DNA of 64,000 nucleotides from Oligoflexales bacterium (GTDB lineage Bacteria; Bdellovibrionota_B; Oligoflexia; Oligoflexales; Bog-1112): NCBI GenBank assembly GCA_045105515.1, contig JBGCDR010000040.1, positions 25,664 to 89,663 of the forward strand, read 5' to 3'. Shown piece by piece: positions 57,677 to 64,000 of this stretch (position 1 is its first letter; each line of letters starts with the position of its first letter). The notes under the pieces were generated by a model. It saw only the letters and a program-made list of their open reading frames with translations, ran no database searches and was not told where the DNA came from. The position numbers and the translations under genes were made by a program.

Positions 57677-58195
57677 CTATTCCTTTTCCCCTTCAAGGTG
57701 GCGTTTTAAATATCTAATATTACCTCTTAAACGATGATCCTCAACCATACAGGTCAAAAGACTTGCTTTCGCAGCAGACAACATATGACCTTCCGTATGC
57801 TTAAGTTTTGAAGCAATCGCCTTTCTTCTTCCTGGTTCAGCGTTTGCTAACGCAACTTCTAACTTAAGATATTCGCCAATAATTTCGCTCTCCTTTTCAG
57901 CACACAAAAGGCAAATCTCAGCTTTTTGATCATCATCCAACGCAAGGTCCAAATAATGCTGTCGCTGCTCAAAAGAAGCCTCATCTTCGGGCGGTAAATC
58001 AATGAGTTCATCCACAATTTTAACTAGCTGTGCTTCTGTAAGCTTCAATTCTTTATCCCATCCTCTACCGAACACATTGAAGGGCTCTTGTTTCCTATTA
58101 AAACAGTACTCTGATACTAAAAATGTCATATCTATGAAAGAGTAAATAGGGATCATGGGGACAAAATTCGGCATTTTGTTTATCCTAGAACACAT
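57677..58195 (-). CDS. Hypothetical helical protein
   Basis: 172-aa ORF with protein-like composition. Confidence 0.6.
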   Translation of the reverse strand: MCSRINKMPNFVPMIPIYSFIDMTFLVSEYCFNRKQEPFNVFGRGWDKELKLTEAQLVKIVDELIDLPPEDEASFEQRQHYLDLALDDDQKAEICLLCAEKESEIIGEYLKLEVALANAEPGRRKAIASKLKHTEGHMLSAAKASLLTCMVEDHRLRGNIRYLKRHLEGEKE

Positions 58196-58309
58196 TTTTT
58201 TGTCTCTGTGCTGGTATACTAATTAACATAAGAAAAAAGACCTAGCCCACATTCTCAATTTCAGTGCTATTTTAGGGCATATCTATTTACGCTATTTGGA
58301 AATACGAAA

Positions 58310-58933
58310 ATGAAAACAAAAAAGGGGTTAATTTATAAGGCTGCACTGATTTTAGTTTCATGCATAAATGTCTTCAATCCACTCCATGCTTCGCAATTCA
58401 GACAGAATGAATATGAATCTAGAGAAAAGCTTCCTGCTTCTTGTACGATTATATTGCTGCATATGAGTTTTATATTAGAGCATGATCTGATAAAAACTCA
58501 GCAAATTGCAGATGTCACAGCACAAAGGAATCAAGCTCAGATACGAGCATGGATTTCAGAGCAGTTTTTTAGGCGAAAAAAAATATTTCTTAAGTACCTT
58601 AAAAGTCGACAAAGAATATCCCAAAAAGTGACTAAAACGAGGATAAGCTCAAAGCTCCATGAAACCTTTAATAGTAATAAGCATCAAAGAATGTGGAAAG
58701 ACCTTAAACTTCAAGCCGAGAAATCAATGAGCACCTGCCACATTAAAAAGGAAAGACTTGTTTCTAAAGTGACTCAAGCATTGTTCCATAAAAATTATAA
58801 ACTCGCTCTAAAATCACTTTTTCCTCACACTCATCTCATGCCTAGCACCCAACTATTATATGAATGGATCCAAAGGCTTTACGCTCGTTCGCAACGAAGC
58901 CCAGGAAAAGTCACCTTGGATCACCTCAAATAA
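58310..58933 (+). CDS. Secreted basic hypothetical protein
   Basis: Signal peptide ending PLHA; helical and K/R-rich. Confidence 0.55.
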   Translation: MKTKKGLIYKAALILVSCINVFNPLHASQFRQNEYESREKLPASCTIILLHMSFILEHDLIKTQQIADVTAQRNQAQIRAWISEQFFRRKKIFLKYLKSRQRISQKVTKTRISSKLHETFNSNKHQRMWKDLKLQAEKSMSTCHIKKERLVSKVTQALFHKNYKLALKSLFPHTHLMPSTQLLYEWIQRLYARSQRSPGKVTLDHLK

Positions 58934-59156
58934 ACCAATTAGCTAAATTTAGTTCAAAACAAAGTAAGCATCTGCTAGGATACGTAAATATTAGGAAGCT
59001 TACTCTACTGGCAGAATCGAGGTCGTGGCATGAAATTTTTAAGAAACCTTTTGACTAAAATTATGTTTTGGAAAAAACGAAGAACTGATAGAAATGGAAT
59101 TCAAATGTCTTTATGGGGGAATATTTTGAACCCACCTCGCAGGCTATAAAAATAGT

Positions 59157-59360
59157 CTAAACTAACTCACCTGTTTTTCTTAATTGCTTTAGCCTTCTTT
59201 TCTGGGAAGCAATAGATTTTTTCTTTAATCTGATGGAAGGCTTCTCGTAATGAGCCTTCTTCTTAAGATCTCCAATGATGCCAGATTTTTCCACTTGCTT
59301 CTTAAAAATCCGCAGTACTTTATCTAAGGGTTCGCCTGGTTTAAAAAAAATCCCTGACAT
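59157..59360 (-). CDS. rpsU: 30S ribosomal protein bS21
   Basis: GEPLDKVLRIFKKQVEKSGI...YEKPS..KKK, 67 aa. Confidence 0.95.
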   Translation of the reverse strand: MSGIFFKPGEPLDKVLRIFKKQVEKSGIIGDLKKKAHYEKPSIRLKKKSIASQKRRLKQLRKTGELV

Positions 59361-59421
59361 AGCTAAGTCGCTCCTCTCAAAGCAAAAGATATTAACGCTA
59401 GTTTTTCCAAAGCATTAGCTC

Positions 59422-59443
59422 AAAAATCCCCTTGGTCGCAAGG
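59422..59443 (-). terminator. Weak candidate intrinsic terminator downstream of pilT
   Basis: Minus strand reads CCTTG-CGAC-CAAGG followed by GGATTTTT. Confidence 0.3.
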
Positions 59444-59520
59444 AAGACGCGAGAGTATATAACTAAATGCAAAGAAAATAAATGGAATCTTGAGTCTAAG
59501 AATAAAATATTTACTATAGC

Positions 59521-61875
59521 TCAAGAGGGCGGTGGAACTGATATACGCCTACGTTTTGCATATTCCTCAAACTCTTTTTTGTCGATTGCTTTGGCCCAGG
59601 CGTCCCAATAGCGAACTTTGTCATCGGCAACAAGTCGAGTCAAAGAATCTGCCATCAGGCAATTTCCATCCGCCTGCTGAGTTTGGATATGGTTGCCTAT
59701 CATATGATTCTTGCTCTCTCTTATCATGGAGCCTACAGCATCATTGGGAATTAAAATCTCGTAAGCTGCACAACGTCCACCTCCTTTCTTCTTGCACAAA
59801 GACTGAGCAATGACCCCTTTCATCGAAGTAGCCAACATATTGCGAATTATGCGCTGTTGATCTGCTGGAAATTGGTCAATGATTCTGTCAACCGTCGAAA
59901 TTGCAGTATTTGTATGTAAGGTTGCAAACACTAGGTGACCTGTTTCCGCAGTTTCTAAAGCTATCGCTGTTGTTTCCAAGTCCCTAAGCTCACCGACGAG
60001 GACAATATCAGGGTCTTCACGTAAGGCGGCCTTAAGTGCCGCTGAAAAGCTATCTGTGTGCTTTCCAACTTCCCTTTGATTTACAAGACACTTCTTTTGG
60101 GAATGCACAAACTCAATCGGATCTTCAATAGTGAGAATATGTTCTGACCTATTGGAGTTTATCAGGTCAATCATAGCTGCAAGTGTCGTTGATTTTCCAC
60201 TTCCTGTCGGGCCAGTAACCAATACTAGTCCTTTAGAAAGAGTACACAACCTTCTTATCGAATCAGGTAGTTTCAATTGATCAGCACTTAATACCTGGTC
60301 AGGAATATGCCTCATAACTGAACCAATTCCATGATAATCTCTAAACACATTAACCCTAAACCTTCCCAATTCACCTACTTCATATGCAAAGTCTACATCC
60401 CAAGTTTTGGCGAATTGACTCTGTTTAACCTTCGGCATGATAGGTAAAATATAAGACTTCATGGTGTCCGAATCTAGGTTCGGAGTCTTAGCTCTACAAA
60501 TATCACCATCGATTCTGAAAATAACCGGTTGTCCAATAGTAAGATGCAGGTCACTTGCTCTATTATCGATCATACCTCTTAAAATTTGATCAATGGGATT
60601 GCTACCATCTCCTTTAGAAATCGTACCAGGGACCTCATTAGAAAAATCAACTTCTATCGGCTTTTCAAACTCTGGCCTAGGAGCCATGACTGCCACAGGC
60701 TGGTGACTTACTTGGTAATTCGCTGGCGCTTGTTCGAGGGGTGCTGCTTGATTTGGAAGAGGCTGAGTGTTTACAGATTGCTTCATGTGTAGCAGATTAG
60801 CTTCACTCTCAAGCTGCTCTTCTTGAATTCCTGCACCCTGAGAACCATGCTCTTGACCTATTGCAAAACCCGAAGAGTTTTCCATTGCGGCACCATTAAA
60901 CCCTCCTTGTTCAGAAGTTTCACTATCAGCCGCTGCAACAGGGTGATTCATTTGATTTCCGCCAAATAGATCTTCTTGGGAATTAGCTGGATTTGCAATA
61001 GTCTGTGCTTCCTTTGATCCAAACATGTCAGCTCCACCATAAGAAAATCCCGAATCTTCTGAACTTGGACTCATGGTAGTCGTCTCTTGCCCTGCTGGCT
61101 GGGACGAGGGAAAAGTTCCGGAACCCATGCTTGAATCATGGGTACTCTGCAAGCTCGGTTCTCCTACATCTTGGCCCTGGTCGGGATTTTGAAATGGATC
61201 GAAGCCAGAACTACCACTTGGGACTGGCGGTTTGAGATTTAACGCCTTCCCTTGCTCGCTCTGATTGTCTAAATACTCTGTTCCTTGTAATGAAAAGCCA
61301 TCTGGACTTGGTGGAGGTTGTACAGCATTTTCATTGGCACCAGGGCGGTCTGGAGCACCAGCTGTAAATTGCATAGATGACCCTTGCCCACCTTCAGGTG
61401 AAGGCGGCACTTGTGGATTATTGCTTACTCCAAGCGATCCTGGCTGAGGGATACCAATGGGTTCGGATTGTTTAGTGTTAGTCATTGGGGGTGGAGGTGG
61501 CGGAGAAGGGGCTTGAGGAGCAGAAGGCTGCTGATGTAATTTATCCCAAAAATCTTTGCACCTTGACTCACCATCTGGAGGCATAAATAACCATATCGAA
61601 TTCTCAGGCTTAACCCTTGCTATCATTGCAACCTTGCCTATGCCTTGCAAGCTAAAGCCTCCAACACATGTTTCACCAGCTTCTATCTGTTGATAATTTT
61701 TTGGAAACAATGCCTTGAAGAGCCCTTTTACCCAATCGCCCTTTAGTGTCGCATATTTTTGTTGTTGGCTCTCACCTTGACTACTGATAAAGCAAACAAA
61801 CTTACCTTCAACCAAGTTAACCATTTGGCACTTGGACTGCAATGCTTCGCGCAAAATTGCTTTGAACATCTCCAT
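59521..61875 (-). CDS. pilT: Type IV pilus retraction ATPase with large N-terminal extension
   Basis: Motifs ASDLHL, GRFRVNVF, GPTGSGKST, TIEDPIE, ALREDPD..LVGE, AETGHLV.ATLHT and DRII. Confidence 0.93.
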   Translation of the reverse strand: MEMFKAILREALQSKCQMVNLVEGKFVCFISSQGESQQQKYATLKGDWVKGLFKALFPKNYQQIEAGETCVGGFSLQGIGKVAMIARVKPENSIWLFMPPDGESRCKDFWDKLHQQPSAPQAPSPPPPPPMTNTKQSEPIGIPQPGSLGVSNNPQVPPSPEGGQGSSMQFTAGAPDRPGANENAVQPPPSPDGFSLQGTEYLDNQSEQGKALNLKPPVPSGSSGFDPFQNPDQGQDVGEPSLQSTHDSSMGSGTFPSSQPAGQETTTMSPSSEDSGFSYGGADMFGSKEAQTIANPANSQEDLFGGNQMNHPVAAADSETSEQGGFNGAAMENSSGFAIGQEHGSQGAGIQEEQLESEANLLHMKQSVNTQPLPNQAAPLEQAPANYQVSHQPVAVMAPRPEFEKPIEVDFSNEVPGTISKGDGSNPIDQILRGMIDNRASDLHLTIGQPVIFRIDGDICRAKTPNLDSDTMKSYILPIMPKVKQSQFAKTWDVDFAYEVGELGRFRVNVFRDYHGIGSVMRHIPDQVLSADQLKLPDSIRRLCTLSKGLVLVTGPTGSGKSTTLAAMIDLINSNRSEHILTIEDPIEFVHSQKKCLVNQREVGKHTDSFSAALKAALREDPDIVLVGELRDLETTAIALETAETGHLVFATLHTNTAISTVDRIIDQFPADQQRIIRNMLATSMKGVIAQSLCKKKGGGRCAAYEILIPNDAVGSMIRESKNHMIGNHIQTQQADGNCLMADSLTRLVADDKVRYWDAWAKAIDKKEFEEYAKRRRISVPPPS

Positions 61876-62585
61876 GATTTACATAATCCCAGACATTTCT
61901 GTTTAGTTGATTGTGGTATCGGATGATTGCTCATTTTTTTTAAAGTAGAGTCTTTTTATAGATGATATGGTCTAATGCTACAGTTAAAAATTATGGGATT
62001 AAAAGTAAATATAATCATATATTGGGAGTCACAGAGAGTCTCATGGAAGATATCGAAGGGGTGTTCGAAAAGTTCATGAAAAAGTAAGTATTATTCTCTT
62101 CATACCATTGCTCTAAAACCCGGCATTGACCATACATCAACAAACATCTTGCTGTTCAAGGAACGACTGTTGAGACCATTAAAAGAACAAAAAGGGAACA
62201 CGGCCTAGCTGCTGTAGTAAAAATGCTAAAACATAAGGTTTACATAGGAAACGATACAATAAAGTAAGATATAGTACATATGGTTGGAATCCAGCAAATA
62301 CTGATCTCATCTTGAATCGAATTAAATTCGCGACTGATTAAAATGCAATTTAACAGGTTAAAATTAACAATAGATCATCTTCTTGACTATGACTAAGCTA
62401 AAACTTTATTAGAAATCTTTTCTTAATATAAGTAGAACAGTTTTCCTGTGTAAAACTAGCTTCACTCCATCCAAGAGGTGGTATCAGAAATAAAAATGCC
62501 CTATTACTTTCCGAAATTAAATCAAGCATGGCATAAGACTTGCATATTTTCGGAAACTTAATGACCAGGGCTTTATGAGGTTCGT

Positions 62586-62936
62586 ATGCGTTCAAAGAAG
62601 ATAATTTTGACTAAGACTAATCCCATGGATGAGGGTATTAAGCGTGAACAACAACACGGCAGCATTGGTGGTTTTTTACAAAATATGCTTTCACCGTACC
62701 AAAAATACATATTGAGCCCTCTCATGAAGGATTTTGTTGCCTCGAGAATTAGACAGTTAGAATCTAAAATTATGATTCAACAATCTATATTAGATGGCTT
62801 AGATTTTGATCAAGAAGATGCAGTAGACTTATACATTTACAGAAAGATTTCTGAAACTGAAGCTCGCATTAAACAACTTTCGCTATTAAAACAGCAAGCC
62901 GAATCCGATCTACGCAATTTTAATATTTTTTCGTAG
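62586..62936 (+). CDS. Small coiled-coil hypothetical protein
   Basis: 116-aa ORF with heptad-like helices. Confidence 0.55.
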   Translation: MRSKKIILTKTNPMDEGIKREQQHGSIGGFLQNMLSPYQKYILSPLMKDFVASRIRQLESKIMIQQSILDGLDFDQEDAVDLYIYRKISETEARIKQLSLLKQQAESDLRNFNIFS

Positions 62937-62971
62937 AAATTTGCATTTCATTTTTTCGATAAAAATGCATT

Positions 62972-64000
62972 CTAGAGAGACAATTCCTGAATAGTTTGAA
63001 AGAACTGACTTGCTAGAGCTTTGTCAGAATACTTTTCAAAGTTCTTTTGAATCATTCTTTTTTTATGTTCATGCAAGCCAAGACCTGCATGGGCATGTTC
63101 TACGGCAATACCAAGCTCAGCTAAGTTACCCTCTGAAAAAATATAGTCTGGATGATCTACAACTACTGGAATTTCACCAGAATCTGAGCCAACAACACTG
63201 CATCCGCAGGCTTTTGCTTCGACAATAATCCGTCCAAATTGTTCTTTCCAATGTTTTTTTGTTTTACTAGGCACTACCAAAATATCACATAAACTAAAAA
63301 AATTTGGCATTTTATCCGCTGGCAAAGGTCCAAAAAAATAAGTGAGCAATCCTAAGTCCATGAGCTCTTCCAAAGATTTTTTAAGTTCCGACTCTAGTGG
63401 CCCATAGCCGCAAACAACAAATGCGTACTGATCTTTAAGTTTCTCATGATTAATCTTTAAGAAATTAAGCAAATCTATTATGCCTTTTTCTTCTTTCAAA
63501 GCACCTGAAAATCCTAGCACTTTCCGACCTTTTAAAATACTTAAATCTAGATCTGAAAATACCTTAACACATTCAGAGTATGGACGAGGCCTAAACAAGT
63601 CACTATTAAACCAAAGAGGAAAGGAAAAAAACGGGCCCTTATAGCCACTTCTACGAATAACACCTTCGTGCTCATCTCCTAATGCAAAAATTCCATCACA
63701 GCGTTTAAGTACAAAACCTTGAATAGCTTTTATCGGCCATGCAAAGTCCTTATAAATATTTTGAGTCGCAATACAAAAAAACTTAAACTGATTTCTTTTT
63801 ACGAAAAATGCAGTTAACCAAACCAATAAGCTCGTTACAGAATAGGGTTCAGCCATACAGAAAATTATGTTCTCTCCTTTTTTATTTGATCTTAGAAACT
63901 GCTTTATAGTTTTCCCCAAACCCCGAAAAAGCACCGTTTGAACATGAAACCTTTTCGCTTTGAGCACTTTTCCCATTCTATTTAGGCCATGGTTTGTATA
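62972..64000 (-). CDS. Glycosyltransferase family 4 (GT-B), 5' end runs off the window
   Basis: Motifs EKGIIDL, VCGYGP, DILVVPS...EQFGRIIVEAKACG..VVGSDSGEIP. The frame stays open from 63976 to the window edge. Confidence 0.88.
   Translation of the reverse strand, partial: YTNHGLNRMGKVLKAKRFHVQTVLFRGLGKTIKQFLRSNKKGENIIFCMAEPYSVTSLLVWLTAFFVKRNQFKFFCIATQNIYKDFAWPIKAIQGFVLKRCDGIFALGDEHEGVIRRSGYKGPFFSFPLWFNSDLFRPRPYSECVKVFSDLDLSILKGRKVLGFSGALKEEKGIIDLLNFLKINHEKLKDQYAFVVCGYGPLESELKKSLEELMDLGLLTYFFGPLPADKMPNFFSLCDILVVPSKTKKHWKEQFGRIIVEAKACGCSVVGSDSGEIPVVVDHPDYIFSEGNLAELGIAVEHAHAGLGLHEHKKRMIQKNFEKYSDKALASQFFQTIQELSL

Noticed and set aside
62398-62595. 65-aa minus-strand ORF upstream of pilT
   Set aside because: No RBS or motif, and it overlaps the start of the 62586 ORF.
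1-64000. CRISPR array, tRNA/rRNA genes, IS elements, prophage
   Set aside because: No regularly spaced repeats, no cloverleaf around the GGTTCGA-like hits (e.g. 13741), and no transposase, integrase or phage structural motifs.

Overview
A gene-dense, roughly 40% GC (by eye) bacterial chromosomal segment of about 55 CDS. I found no rRNA, tRNA, CRISPR array, integrase or transposase. It mixes core genes (alaS, mnmG, rpsU, serA, galE, queE, cobB, pta, sthA, cutA, mce, pilT) with many orphan lipoproteins and outer-membrane proteins, a MoxR-DUF58-BatA/DUF4159-GATase-like operon and a stand-alone SoxCD-type molybdoenzyme pair. The gene content suggests a Bdellovibrionota/Oligoflexia-like organism, but that is inference only. 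The main oddities are: (1) a SerC homologue with a Sec signal peptide and a changed phosphate-binding residue; (2) a TLC-family nucleotide transporter of the kind used by energy parasites; (3) an exported pseudokinase; (4) a GAF-DHp-REC protein with no kinase domain; (5) a PilT with a duplicated N-terminal domain on a ~310-aa disordered tether; (6) a gene next to an Flp-like pilin that is split at an A9/T9 homopolymer; (7) an uncharacterised envelope-protein cluster at 52-58 kb. All family assignments come from motif recognition by eye; no database search was run.
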